A stretch of 60,785 bases of DNA, counting the filler, from Dimorphilus gyrociliatus (Eukaryota > Animalia > Annelida), in the NCBI GenBank assembly GCA_904063045.1. It is 3 parts of 3 records of this genome, joined end to end, with 100 filler letters (N's around TTAATTAATTAA, not from the genome) between each part and the next. Parts side by side here need not be neighbours in the genome. Positions count along the whole stretch, not along the records: positions 31,035 to 60,785 come from CAJFCJ010000139.1; 2 more parts are not named here. One strand, written 5' to 3'. The position numbers and the translations under genes are program-made. Of the stretch, positions 36,520 through 50,071 are shown in pieces. Numbering within the stretch: the first letter of the stretch is position 1; each line of letters begins with the position of its first letter. The notes beneath the pieces are model-generated. The model did no database searches, was not told where the DNA came from, and saw only the letters and a program-made list of their open reading frames with translations.

Positions 36520-37937
36520 TCATTTTCGGGAAATACAATGACATCCTCCCACACTGTTATTAGTCCTTATGGATAATCCATATATAGACCAATTCTCTGG
36601 TTTCCATATCGAGTTCATAATCCAAGTTGCTTCAAAATATTCCAACAAATCTGCAAATTTGTCTTTTTCTGTAAGTTGAGATTTCAATCTGTAAAATGTT
36701 GGAGCAATGATATGAGCAGGCAGAAAAGGTAAAGCCATAAGCTTTCTCATGTCTCTCCAATCCTCTCCTTTCTCCATATACTTTCCACAGTATCCAAGAG
36801 ACTTGAAGGATAATTAATTGTAAAGGCAAACCTTAAAGGTTAAATTAAAAATGAATGTTTTAGAGGTAGCTTTCTATATATTGCTTGAGTAAAATGGAAT
36901 ACTCATCCATGAATTTGTGATTCTGAATAAATTTTGGCTACAGATCTTCACAGACGCATCTCAAAGTCAATTGTTATCTTCTCAGGCTGTGACATGCCAG
37001 TCAGGTTTCTGATACTCTGAAGAATAAAACAGTGAGCTGAAAGTAGTTACAGAATGAATTTCTCAAAATAATACTTTAAAGCCTCTTTTATAACTTTTTC
37101 TTTTCTTTAATGTCACAAAAATAAATGCGAATTGAACATGTTTCATTTTACCATCTTTTTTGACATAGTTGTGTATAGATAAGAGCTGATAAAAAGGATC
37201 CTTTACAATTTTAAATGTCTCATCAATGAACCAGTGTTTTGACTGACCAAGCAAATTAAGTTGATGGCTGCTACCAAAAATAAGAATTCTCTCTTTATTT
37301 TCACAGATGTCATCTTTCAAAAAATCACCTGGGATGAAATCTGTATCTAAATAAAAGTCTACTTCTTTTGGTTCACTTGGCCTTAGTTTTTGCCTTGTAA
37401 AATTAGCCACTCTTTTCAAATAATCAACATTTGGCAAAGAACCTGTTTTGTTTTTTGTGTTTTAAGAGAATTGTTTCTGCTAGTCTTTTCCCACTGGAAC
37501 TTGTGTTAATATATAAATATCTTTCAAATCTTTTCTGATTCCGATGTCACTGGTTAGGTGGTTATTTTTACCATGAATATGTTCTAAACTTCCCTGGATG
37601 AATGTTTTCCTTGCTGGTGAATTCTTGCATGGCATCTTTGTTTTTTGGTCCTCTTACTGCACACCCAAATGATACTTTTTGAAGTTTTAGCTAATAGAGT
37701 GAATGAAAATCCATCATTGATTAGAATATTCAGTTTCTTCATTTCTAAAATGGCTGTCATTTTATTTTTCAACATTGTTTTTATTTTTGTAGGTTCCATT
37801 ACTATAATTCAAAAAAAATAAAATAAAAAAAACTTATGTTTTTATGGGTACAATTTCACTCAGGTATGGTTTCACCCAGTATGGGTACAGTTTCACTTGG
37901 GTATGGTTTCAACCGGGTACAGTTTCACCCGATACCG
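36520..37937 (-). mobile_element. Fragmented MULE transposon (FLYWCH + MULE domain) with one repeat-rich end
   Basis: 37584-37799 FLYWCH-like (DGFSF...WVCSKR..RCHARI), 37063-37437 WFIDETFKIVKDPFYQL, 36520-36777 MALPFLP...YFEATW...W....RTNN; frameshifted. Confidence 0.88.
37846..37930. repeat. Five about 16-nt GGTAYRRTTTCAMY tandem units (MULE subterminal array)
   Basis: gggtacaatttcact / ggtatggtttcaccc / gggtacagtttcact / gggtatggtttcaac / gggtacagtttcacc, just upstream of the transposase start. Confidence 0.85.
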
Positions 37938-38280
37938 AGTTCATGACCTAAGCTTTTAATAATTATCCTACAAATTATTCAAATAGAATCAAAAATGATT
38001 ATTTATGTCTATAAGTTTTATTTCAACTCTCTGGTCATCATAACCTTGGTTACAATTTACTTGAACATGAAACTTAACGATTCATTTTAAAAAAAAAAAG
38101 AAAAGTAATGTCGAATATTATCAGTTGGAAAGAGGAGAGTAACAATAAAGTGCTTGAAACAGTTTCCAGGGCTGTGGGCGTTTTCAACAACTACCCAGGG
38201 AACAATGCTATTGTTATATTGATGATTTTGGAATAGAGATTAATCAACAAAAACCAGTATTTAGCTTTAAGAATATGTAT

Positions 38281-38310
38281 TGAGTAAATGAGTTTCTAGT
38301 TCTAAACAAG
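38281..38310 (+). repeat. Dispersed repeat family B core (possibly a LINE 3' end)
   Basis: TGAGTAAATGAGTTTCTAGTTCTAAACAAG recurs as an exact reverse complement at 48811-48840 and with 2 mismatches at 50868-50897; similarity extends into the flanks. Confidence 0.75.
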
Positions 38311-38570
38311 TAAGTTTAAACAACCAGTTAACTGTTAAAGAACTGAACTGACAAGCAGAGGAAATGCATTTTCTTTTATACATTCAACAAAGCTTAGGTT
38401 CAATTTGTCAAAGGATTACAAAGTTGAAATCTGACAGTCTTATAATTCTCATGTAATAAAAATATGAAAGACTTGTTATATCACACATACAAAATATAAT
38501 CCTAAGATTAGAGCCACATGCCAAACATGCACCACTGCAAATATCTATCTTATCTTAGTATTTTTAGATA

Positions 38571-39125
38571 GTGGATCACCAATATGCATTTGTAGTGGAT
38601 TATTCAGGTCTGATGACTAAGTCTATATGTTATGATGTCACTGGCTCAAGTGGAGAATATTTATACATTGCTAGCTTTAGTTTAAGTGGAATACAAGTTT
38701 TTGGACAGCTTAGTGATAATTATTACATGCATAAGATTATTATAAAATTTGATTCTGGAAGAATAACTGCTTTAACTAATTATATCATTCTTGACAATGC
38801 ACAACAAATAAACTGGAATCGTCATATGCAAACAATCACTTTTAAATCAAAAAAATTTGAATATTTGATCACTGGAAATCATATCTTTAGAGAATCTGTA
38901 GAACATCCAGAAAAAATAATTCAAATACAGAAATCTATCCATTCTTTATCAGAAATTCACTTGGATACAAGTTTTAAACTATCACCAAGAGATTATGAGA
39001 AAATGGATGGACTTATTGGTGATATTGGGAAAAAGACATCTAAATGCTGTAGTCCAAGGAGTGTTTTGTTTATGGGCCTCTCTATCCAGGGGTGTTTTGT
39101 CCAGGTGCCTGAAAATTCTTATTAA
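38571..39125 (+). CDS. Inter-alpha-trypsin inhibitor heavy chain C-terminal-like domain (orphan exon or pseudogene)
   Basis: VDHQYAFVV...ICYDVTG..G..L...GIQVFGQL...YMHKIII...MDGLIG resembles the ITIH C-terminal domain; no upstream VIT/vWA exons found. Confidence 0.55.
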   Translation: MDHQYAFVVDYSGLMTKSICYDVTGSSGEYLYIASFSLSGIQVFGQLSDNYYMHKIIIKFDSGRITALTNYIILDNAQQINWNRHMQTITFKSKKFEYLITGNHIFRESVEHPEKIIQIQKSIHSLSEIHLDTSFKLSPRDYEKMDGLIGDIGKKTSKCCSPRSVLFMGLSIQGCFVQVPENSY

Positions 39126-39691
39126 TATTTTTGTAATATCTTTATTGTCTCTATCTGATAGATGAATAATTGATTAAAATAGAAAAAGGGACAAATGCAA
39201 TACAAGTAAAACAACAATCCCACAATAGTGAAAAAAAGTAATAAAAAAATATTTTTTGAATTATAAATTTATCTATAGCAGAAAATATCAATTTTATTCA
39301 ATACTTCCAATGTTTTTAAATGCCAATATATCATTATAAACAAATTTGTCAATGATAAAAATTCTGATAGTATTGTTAAAGTTGAATAATCTTTTTCAAA
39401 AATGCAATACAATAAAGATATTAAACACCATACCAGAATAGGGTTTACAAAAAGTACTGTTTCATTTTTTATTAACTGAAATACTGTTTATAGAAATGGC
39501 AAAAGGTTAGTGTATATTTTTAGAATGCAAATGTATCAATTCTCTCTTTTCTTATTAATGAAAAGTCAAAAATATATAACAAGTTTGAATATTATGTTAT
39601 TATATATATCGTGTTGTTTAAATTATGATTGATGATTGAAAGCCTATGCAAAAAATATTGCAAGTTGTTTAAATAATTGAATTTCTCATAC

Positions 39692-40395
39692 CTTTAATGT
39701 AGAATAGATTATTTGAGTAATCAGTATAGCCTGAGTATGTAGATTTCAAAATACATTGATTAGTATTTACAGAATAATCAATAACCCTGAAAAAAAAATA
39801 GTTTACTGTGGTAAATATTAAATAATAAAATTTTCCATTGCATCTACATCTATACTAACCTACAATCATTGTATTTTGTACAAACTTTCAAGCAAGTTTG
39901 AATATCAACAACATTATTACTAGAGAATTCAGGTACACTAAGTGCAACACCTCCACTAGATTGTTTCTTTTCCAAAATGATCCATTGAAATTGACTATTA
40001 TTTGAATTAAACATAGCTCCTTTCATATACAAATGACTTATTTGACTGTCAACTAAATTCGAAAATTGAGATAAAGGATGACATTCTCCATGTAAGTGAT
40101 TGTAGATGAATCCTCTAGAGAAAAAAAAACAAAAAAATATAAAAAAATTTCTTTTTAAAGATACAACTAAAAAGATATTTTTATAATCATCTTACTTGCA
40201 ATTATCATATTCATTACAAACATTCATGCATTCTTCAACTGTTAGTAGTTTTGTGTTTGCATTCCAGCTTGGAACAGAATATCTTTTATATGTTCCAACA
40301 TCTTTATTTAAAAGTTTTTGATAACCATTAAAATCCTCAGATATACAATAATTTAAAACTTCAATACAATATAAAACCATTAATAAGAATTTCAT
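39692..40395 (-). CDS. Secreted protein with two PAN/apple domains (3' end not determined)
   Basis: Exons 40395-40196, 40114-39860 and 39786-39692 join in phase 2,2. Signal MKFLLMVLYCIEVLNYCIS; EECMNVCNEYDNCKGFIYN....EC and TCLKVCTKYNDCRVIDYS....QC. Confidence 0.75.
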
Positions 40396-41929
40396 TTTGT
40401 CTTTTTTCTTTTATTGTAGTTGATGGGAAAAAAGTGTTGAAAATAATTCAAAATCTACTTTTTTCCCTTATAAATAAAAGATTATTAATATTTTAAAAAA
40501 TAGCAAATAAAAAATTTATGTATTTTTTTTCATTCATAAATATCAATCATTTTTAATTTGTTGGCAATAATTTGTTGTAGTACGATTGTTAAACAGATGC
40601 AATTCTAACAAGTAATTGATAAAACAAGACCAAAATTGAGGTAATGGTGTTTTCTTAAGAGTTAGTTTTAGCTTATTTATTGAATTTTTAGCTTTCTTTT
40701 AAAAATATTGCTTATGTTTATGGAAATTATTTGTCAACTTCTTTTTAAAATCAATACCAGGGCCTTCATTCCTATGGTAAATGACAACAAGTTGTTGTAG
40801 AATACATTGTAAAGAATGGCTTACTTATAATTCATAAATTTGCTTATCTTCATTTTCAAAAAGACAAAATATTTCTTATCTTATCATTACTTTTGGCAGT
40901 TACTAAGCTATCTAGTAACAGGACGTTACAAGATCAAATATTTGAATAATTGAATTTTTATTTATGTGACACTGATAAATTAAAGTTGAACCTTTAGAAT
41001 GACAAATTGAAAGATATTTTAGCCATATATTATTCTATGTTGTTTTCTTATCATAAAGTTTAATTTCTTATTTCTTGTTAAACATTAACTGATAGATTAT
41101 ATTCTTAAAAATCAATAAACCCATTTGTTATTCTATTACAAATAAATGTTTTATAAGAGTAATATTAAACTGTTTTTCTACTACTAAAACTGAAAATAGA
41201 AAATAATACAGTCAGTTGATTGGAAAAACCAAGTATTCTTATTTTTCTTTTCTGTTTTCTAGGCCTAAAAAAATTCCACAGTATATTAGATATTTTAAAA
41301 AGTATATAATGAAATGGCATAGTGGCTTCTGATATATATCAATTAAACCACTTTTTTATAAAAAATTTAACTTCAATGCAGTAAAATGAAGAATTTTTTT
41401 GAATTAATAAAAAATAATATATATTAAATAGTAAACACTACACCAACATGGCCTTACACAAAGGTAGACAAAATGGCTATAGTGTGAAAACTAGTCTATA
41501 ACAATATCTTCTTTGTACATGTAGATTTTACACTAATTTTTAAAAAATTGCACTAATATCTTACACTTTTTTATAGGAGATTTTTAAGAAAGAAAAATAT
41601 CTGATAAAAATTTACGATTTTTACAACTTTTGCTCAGTATTTTTTCTCATTTTCTAAATAATTAGAGATGTTAAAGTCTCATATTTTGTACACTTTGACA
41701 AAATAGCTATTAAATGCGTTGTGTGTGTGTGGTGTATGTTTGTGTTTATTTATAGAAAATATAGAGTAGATTTAGAGTTTTTATAGAAAAGAGTCAGCAT
41801 CAGCTATGTTCAAAAAATTTACACTAAACTTCGAGTAGTGTCACTTTTAGCCAGATTTTAAGTTAATGTATGTATGTGAGCATGTGTAATGTAATAGTTC
41901 ACAAATTTAAAATAAAATTGGAAAGCCAT

Positions 41930-42420
41930 CAGAAGCAACAAGAATTTCTATTATAAACTGTCTTCTAGGACCTGAAATGTCCATTCAAAAAATGGCCAAG
42001 ATTTTTAAATGTGACCCAACTACTCTTTGAAATAAATAAAGAAGTTTAAAGAGCTAAAACCGATAAAAGATAAGCCAAAAAGTGGCAAACCAAAAAAAGT
42101 GACACAAAATATGGAAAGACAAACTGACAGAACAAACAAATCAAGCCCTAAATGGACAGTCATCATCTGTTATTATATAACTATACCATACCTATATCTC
42201 TTTGTCTGACAACAGTGAAGCAAATACTGAGAAAAAATAATTTAAATGAGAGGATTAGTGGGAGAACCTGCCTTCCCAAAAGGTAAATATTATGTAGAAA
42301 AGACTTCTGTAGAAAGACAGGAAAGATGGGGATTTTTTTCTTATGAAAGACCATTTTTTCTTATGATTAAAAGGTTGAGCTTCACTCCAGGAGGAGGGAG
42401 TTTGTTAGAAGACCATGTGA
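41930..42420 (+). mobile_element. Highly degenerate Tc1 transposase remnant
   Basis: MSIQKMAKIFKC.PTT...KDKPKSGKPKKVTQNMER.. HTH/GRP-like region, then GGGSL; many stops. Confidence 0.6.
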
Positions 42421-44554
42421 AAAATGGAATGATCTCAAATATACAACAAAAAAAGTGATATTTAGGGGATTGAAGTATCCTGGTTTTTTTTAGCTATATT
42501 AAATTTAGTGGTAGCTTTTCTTGGTATCCAATCACATGACAGCTTTAAACTTTACTACACCAAATTTCTGGAATAAAAAATCAATCAGAGTTTTAAATGG
42601 TTAAAATTTAAGAGATTGTTACTATGTTCGATAGGAAGGGAAATGGATATCCAACAATTGGTCCAGTTGTTTCTCCTGAATGACCTTGACAATAGAAAAA
42701 ATTTGCAAAGGCAAATGGTATTGTTTTGCTAATGATTATTCCTCTAAAACCAAATCTTGTGTGCATATATGAGTGATACAAAATGACTGAATGTAATTTT
42801 TAAATTCTCTGATAACATCTAGTGTTTTTCAAACATTTCTATTTCTGTTTTAATTTATTTATTGAGTAAATTTCTTTATTAAAAAGTAGAAGAATAATAA
42901 AAAAGTTAAAAATCATAGTTTTATTATTTTTGCCTAAATGATTAATTAATTAATATGAAATTATTTTTTATGTGTTTTATATCCATTTTCTTGCTTTTTT
43001 TTTACTTTTAATTTGTGTTAAATTACATGTTTTTAATGGATAAAGAGAGGTGTCTAGACAGCTAAAGTATAGATTCTCTATTTACTTAATTATCATTTTA
43101 AAAAGTCCATTAACTGCCTTAACATTAGGGAAGTGATTTAGATGATGATTTTAAATTGTTACAGATACTCTCAAAACCTTCTTTTAAAAATATTTAAGAT
43201 TAGAAATGTATAGCCATAATGGTATGAAGAAAAATGGGGAAAAATTTCTTCTCTGGCCATTGGTGATATGATTACATGATAGATAAATCATGTTTTTGCT
43301 TTGTTCTAGAGAAACAAAAGTAGTTTGCATTTATAGCGAAAAAAAATCCAATACTTTGAATTTTTATAGTCTAAACACAGAAAACTTACTTTAACAACAT
43401 CTTGAACAGTAAAACAACAATATGGCCTTAGCATTTACCTTTTCACTATTTAGAGATTATTTGTCCACTTCGAAAAAATCACCAAATCCTCTTAGTGACA
43501 AATGTAAAAGTTATTTTAGACCAGTCTAGATTATTGTTGATTGTTTTAAGACAATTGCTGTCTTTCTTTTGAATGAGATCTATTTTCTTGTTCTGGGAGG
43601 CTTATAGCCTAATCCTCAATTCATTAGATCAGGAATTGCCCTGGTTTGCAGACGTTCATTCAACCACCGCCCATCTACTCATGAATACAAAATGTCATTT
43701 TTGATATATGATATTGTCTTTAATACATCCTTCAATGTCTTGTAGGATATTGAAAGATTTACTAACTAGGATATTTTTAACCCAAGCCTAATTTTTTAAA
43801 TGTTCCAACTCAAATTTCGATAAGTGCACATCTGTAATATAAGATTCCTTTAGAATTTTCACCTGAAGGCTTGCCATATTTAATCAGCAGAATTAGACAT
43901 AGAAAATTGAAATTAAGAGATGATTAAGAATTATTTTATTATCATTTATTTGAAGATATTTGAAAGTTTGTCGCTAAAGACTGGAAGAGTACATTACGAA
44001 GATACAAGATACTTTTCATTAGAGATGTTAGCCGTAAATGGACATTCAATTAGAGCTCGAGTCTTACTCTCCATTCCATGGATTGCAGTTAAAAAACCCA
44101 TAAAGTATGTTCAATGTATGCAAAAGGATTATTGGCAAATGTGTATAAACTTTGGCTATGATACTATACTAGTAGATGCTGAACCTTGTTCAAATTCCAT
44201 AAATTCAACTTACTTTAATCTTCATAAAACAGAAACAAGAATTTAGATAAGGGACAGTGAAATAATAACTATAAAGTATCCACAGAACAGTTTTAGAACA
44301 AAGATAACCCTTCAAATTGGACAAAATCTCCATAATTAGCATAAAATCAACCATAATTGCGTATAAAAACATTTCTATTATGTTTAGGTTATGAAAGATG
44401 GAATAAAACAAGTAAAAATGTTGAATTGAGAACACCAGAGAACATACCAAAGAAGATGTCGTCATATTTTCTAGAAGAAAGAGTAAGTGTTGTTTTTGGG
44501 ACAGAAAACACTCTTTCGGTTGAAGATTGACCACTGTGGCCACACCTTTATTCT

Positions 44555-44557
<3 letters not shown>

Positions 44558-44586
<29 letters not shown>
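44558..44586. repeat. (TC)n microsatellite
   Basis: Direct reading. Confidence 0.95.
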
Positions 44587-44589
<3 letters not shown>

Positions 44590-44724
44590 CACCAATCAGA
44601 GTATGATTGAGAATAGAAATGTTTTCTGTCAAAATATTCAAAAATCATATAGTTTTGATTTTAAAAAAATAGTATAAAAGTATTTTAAATCTTTTTTTCT
44701 TTTCTTTAAAAACATAAAAAAAAG

Positions 44725-47700
44725 GAAAATACTTTTCACCGAAGAAGCAATTTCGACCTTGAACTATTCAGCTCTTTTCACAACGTATCCGACAATAGTT
44801 TCTTCCTTAATGAAGAATGCGACTCTATAAAGAGATACACCAATAGTAAAGAAAGTTTTTCAATTCATTTCTATAAAAGAGGAGGCGTGTCTTGTTTTAT
44901 TAAATTAGGTCAAACAGTTTTTTGTCAAAAATCTTTAGGTAAAAACATTTATTAATGAACTTTTTTTCGTAACCTTCAAAAAATTTTTCAAGGTTAAAAA
45001 TTGCATTCAAATCTCTCTTTTTTAGACTCTAAACTGTTTGATTTAATAAATTGGAAATCATTTTTAAATATGGGTTTAGACTGCCCTAGAAATTCTTTTC
45101 ACTGTACTGGGGAAAATATTTGTATTAGTCATTTAGATGTTTGCAATGGACAAGACGATTGCATGTCCGGTGAAGATGAAATGAATTGTCCTAAATTGAT
45201 TACATATTATTATTGTTCCCTTCCAAATGAGAAAATTCCTATTCAATCTGTTTGTAATTTCAATGCAGACTGTAAAGATAAATCCGATGAGTTATTTTGT
45301 TGTGAGTTAATAATATAAAAAAGGATTTATAGAAAACTATACTCTTCCTTTCATTCAACAGACAACAAACTTTGTTCATATCACGAAAAGTAACAAAATC
45401 AATATGTCAATGATTTGTTATCTTTTTATTTATTTAAGTATTTTTTCAAATTACAGATCATGTAAAAATAGTCAGTGCATAGATCGTTCCAAAGTTTGCG
45501 ACAACGAGATCAACTGCTTCGATTCGAGTGATGAAGATTGTTTAAATTACGAAAAAAGTAACGAAAATGGTAAAATATCTTTTGAAAGTAAGATATAAAT
45601 ATATAATTTTGTATTTTTGAGTGATGTAAATCCTATTAGAATGTAATCCAAAAACTCAAGTAGATGTAATTTAGTTTATTATTCAAATGAATATATAAAA
45701 AGTCTTGTTAGAAAACCTTATTCGTCGTTAACGCACTGTAATAAAAGTCAATGCAACAAAGGTGAATTCTTATGTAAATCGACAAAGTATTGCATATCTA
45801 TTGAACAAGTCTGCGATGGAGTCAATCATTGTTGGGGTAATGAAGATGAGGCGTACTGCGGTATTTGTATACATAAATGTATAATATTTCGGATACATCT
45901 CTCTCTCTCTCTCTCTCAGATGATTTTCATCCACAAGGATATTTCAAGTGTAAAAATCAACAATTCTATATAAATGTCAGTAAAATTTGCGATGGTATTA
46001 TCAATTGCAAATATGGTAATGATGAATCATTTTGCCCAACTAATAGGGAAGATAAAAAGATAATTAATTGTTCATCTACGCCATCCTATAACTATTCATG
46101 CTCTGGAACGTATAAAGAAAATTCAATAATGAATCTTTCGTCAATTAATCAATTAACAATTAAGAAATTGTTCCTTTTGAATTATAGACATTTCAATGGA
46201 ATGTTTACTTCAGAATTCTTGTCATTTCTTCATATAGAAAATTCAAATATTGGAAAGAGATTTTCAAGTAGTTTTTCAATACCAAATATCGTTTATCTCA
46301 GTTTAAAAAACGTTGACATAACTCATTTGAATGAAATAATAAATTCTTCAACACCCTTAATACAGTATATTGATGTATCCCATAATCCTTTGAAAGAGAC
46401 AATTGATTACGAAATGATACCAAATATCAGATATTTAGATTTATCATTTACGAAAATTGAAATATTTTCAAGAAAATTTTTATTAAAATTAACTAAATTA
46501 ACAATTTTAAAAGTTCAAGGTTGCCGAATAAAATTGATTGAAAATAATATTTTAAGAGAGAATTCACTGAAATTATTGGATTTATCAAAAACAAAATTTC
46601 CGAGTCAAAAGTTTCAGAATTTAACAAATTATTTAGATAAGGTTGAAACTGTAAAAAGCGATTATTATATTTTGTGCTGTTACGCTTGGAAATATAGTTC
46701 AAATATTAAATTATGCTATCCAAAGAAATCATTATTCAATACATGTTCGGATTTATTGCACTCAAATTTCCTTAAAATTCTACTCTGGTTTATGGGAATA
46801 TTTGGAATAATTGGAAATATCTCTTCATTTATCTTTAGATTTCATTCGTTTAAGAGATCAACGCATGTATTTTACCTTTGTTTAGCATTGTCGGATTTCT
46901 TAACAGGAGTCTATTTGATTTTAATTGGTTGTGTTGATATATACTATAGAGGAATGTTTTACGAATACGCTTCCGATTGGATGAATGGAAACTTTTGTAG
47001 AACAATTAGTTTTCTTTTGAATTTTTCATTGTTATTTTCAAATTTAAATTTAGTTTTGATCAGTTGCGATAGATTTTACGCTACGTATTTCCCGTTCAAA
47101 CATTCGGAAACGTCAATGAAGAGAGTAACTCTATTGATTGGTTTCACACTAATCTTGTGTATATTGATAACGTCATTTCCTTTATATAACAATAAAGTTT
47201 AATTTTTTATTTCAATTATTTTAAAAGGGGATAATGAAATTTAAAAGACTTGAGAAAGAAAAAAGAAAAGAAAAGGAAAGGGCAGAATTGCCTCATAAAA
47301 CCTAACATTTTTTCATAGTTTTTTATCTTATCATTCTCCCTCTATATTCTCTCTTACTTCATCGATAACCGATAATTTCTTTTCAAAGGATACTTTTCAA
47401 GACTCTCCAATATGTTTTGAATTGCATATCAGGACTTTAAACAATGGAAATTCAATTTTCTCATTTCTAGTTTATGGAATATTTATATTTTTAATATCAA
47501 TTTTTAATTTAGTTATTTACGCTTTAATTGTTCGAAAAATAAATGACAGTAATCAAAATTTTAACAAGTCAAAAACGTCAAAAGTATCATTATCATTTTC
47601 AAATTATTTGATAGTATCATCAAATATAATATGTTGGCTGCCAGTATCATTTATGGGTAAGAAATTCCAGTTTCTTTTGCCATCCAATTATAGAATTATA

Positions 47701-48048
47701 TATCATAAATCAGGAATATATTGTAAAATATGGAATTTACAAATGAGTAATGATGCTTATACTTGGATTGTTATTTTAATTGTTCCTTTCAATAGTTTAT
47801 TAAATCCTGTTTATCATAATACCGACGAAATCATTCATTTTAGGAAACAATTGAAAAAACAAAAAGCTAAGAAAGAGTTGTTTAATATAATATTTTTCCT
47901 TACTTCCGGTTTATTCTTTTTCTCTTATTTAATATTTAGACAAGAGAAGACGAAAGATATTATATCAATAACAAAAGAGAAAGGTACAGTCAAAATGAAT
48001 TTCTTTTTTTTTGGATTAGATATATTTGAGGAAACTGGTAGAGAGTAG
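44725..48048 (+). CDS. GRL101/RXFP-type LDLa-LRR G-protein-coupled receptor (start and end uncertain; one apparent frameshift)
   Basis: About five LDLa repeats (CI....VC.G..DC..G.DE), LRRs (YIDVSHN, YLDLSFT, LLDLSKT), hinge CSDLL and 7TM motifs LALSDFLTGVYL, SCDRFYATYFPF, ICWLPV, PFNSLLNP. Multiple short introns; the A5 run at 45650-45654 needs one more base to keep frame. Confidence 0.88.
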
Positions 48049-50071
48049 ATTAAGATTCAATTTTTTACCCTCTTTCTTTATAGATATCAATTTTATAAGT
48101 TACTTTGTAGAAAATCATTTGGCAACCTATACTTTTGTCAGTTGCTTTAAAAAGTTTTCAATATCTGGAAAACTATATAGAAAACTTGAATACTTCAAGT
48201 TAACTGTCCATTGTTTAAAAGCTTTAACGTATTGCCATGAAAATGGATTCTCTTTAAATGTAACCTAACCCTAACAGAAAATATTTTCTTATACCTAAAT
48301 TTATTACATTGTTAAAAAATCAAGTTGAAAAAGCCGATATTCAAGCTGTTGGACTCTTAATTCGTAATTTATTACAGAGACGAAGAGCTTATATAGACAC
48401 TTGAAAAGTAAACATTACAAACAATTACAAACTGAAAATTCTCTTAAAATATAATAAATTGATTTTTCATTTATATATACTTTTTTATATTCATTTCAAG
48501 TTTGTAAAAGTGATTTGAGAGACAGCAAAACTATTTACAGATGCAGAGAAAACTGTATGAAAGAACCTGACACTAGCAGTCGGAATCTGTATATAACAGT
48601 TTATAAAATAATATATTATCTACAACCAATTTCATTTTTAGGTCAAGGTCATTTCAATAATTTAATCTGTTAGTTGAAAAGTTGAAATGAGTTATAGTAC
48701 ATATGCTTTGATTGCCACTTTCCTGTCACCTGTTGGAATGGTATATAAACCCTGTGAATTTAACGGTAGATAGTTCAGTCTTCTAAAAATCAGCTTGTTG
48801 CTTAAACTGGCTTGTTTAGAACTAGAAACTCATTTACTCAAATATTATTGAATTAAAAACAGTTGACCTTGACCTTCTTCTATTAATAATTTTCTTTCCT
48901 TATTACATAACGAAAACGGAGGAATATATATATTTTGGATAATTCCAGAAAACTTTACAGTTGCTGATGACAAAAGTAAGAAGAATGACATTTAAAAATC
49001 TCTCTCTTTGTCAGAAAAACAGAATTTCACATCCATTAAATAAACTGTCAGAGAAATTTACTTCAAAGAATACTTATTGAGTTCCTAGTTGTAAACAAAC
49101 AATCACATTTAAGCTGATGATTGGCCAACTGAACTGTGAACTGTTGAAATAAAAAAAGGGAATCTTCAGTGAAGAAGGAAGTAATGTTTATTTTCTTTTT
49201 TAATATCATTACAAAAATACAATTGAAAAGTGCCATATAATTAGAATAATTATTAGATCCAACTGTAAAAGTTTTTTTACTTAAAAGCATACATTGAATA
49301 GATTCCATAGGAAAAAAAAGAGAGAGAAAGATAGGACTGAAGGATAAATTGTTGTTGATTTATTACAACTGTTTCCTTCGCATATACATATTGTTGATAT
49401 TGAAGTTGTTTTACAGCCTATCTGTAAATCCATTTCTTTCGAACAAAATCTTCTAACCAAATTTCCAACTGTAAAAATTCAATAAAAACAATTTTTTTTT
49501 TAATATATAGTTTACTACCAAGAATTAAACCCAACCAACTGTTGGGTACAAAGTTTCCATCAAGTTTTATAGGGATTATTGTTACCCCTCTTTTAGCAGC
49601 GTATTCAGCTTCTGGATAAAGGAAAACAGAGTTAGATTAGTTAGGAGGAGATGAAACCATATCTGAGTTAAACCCATGTATGGTTTCACCAACAATTGGT
49701 TTATAGGCCCATTGATAGCTTATCATGATATGATTGGAATTTGATTTTTCTTAATTTGTTGCCTTTTCTTTCGACTCAATTGCCATATTATTCCTTTGAA
49801 TCAATTTTGTTTTATCATACAAAATATGTGTTTGAGTATGGTAGTTTCAAAGGTATGTATCATCATTTTCAACTATATTACCAGAAGAAGTAAACAAAGA
49901 GAAGAAACTGCTACCCCAAGTGAGGGCACAGATAACTCTCCTCAAAACCTAAAACTAATGAAACAAAGTTGTAGCTCTACTCAACATCAAACTAATGAAG
50001 AAGAACAACCACATGTAATTCTCATTAATTCAAGATGAAGGGACTCATCTTCACAAAGAAGGGGGAAGATA

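Noticed and set aside
37846-37930. Tandem 16-nt units as CRISPR or iterons
   Set aside because: No spacers; they sit directly upstream of a MULE transposase.
43920-44543. Overlapping ORFs 43920-44246 (+) and 44205-44543 (-)
   Set aside because: No recognisable domain or splice context; cannot tell them from chance ORFs or repeat debris.
48641-48873. Inverted GGTCAAGGTCA / TGACCTTGACC pair as nuclear-receptor response elements
   Set aside because: The motif also occurs near 58605 and sits within repeat-derived DNA (family B); more likely part of a small mobile element, and there is no functional evidence.
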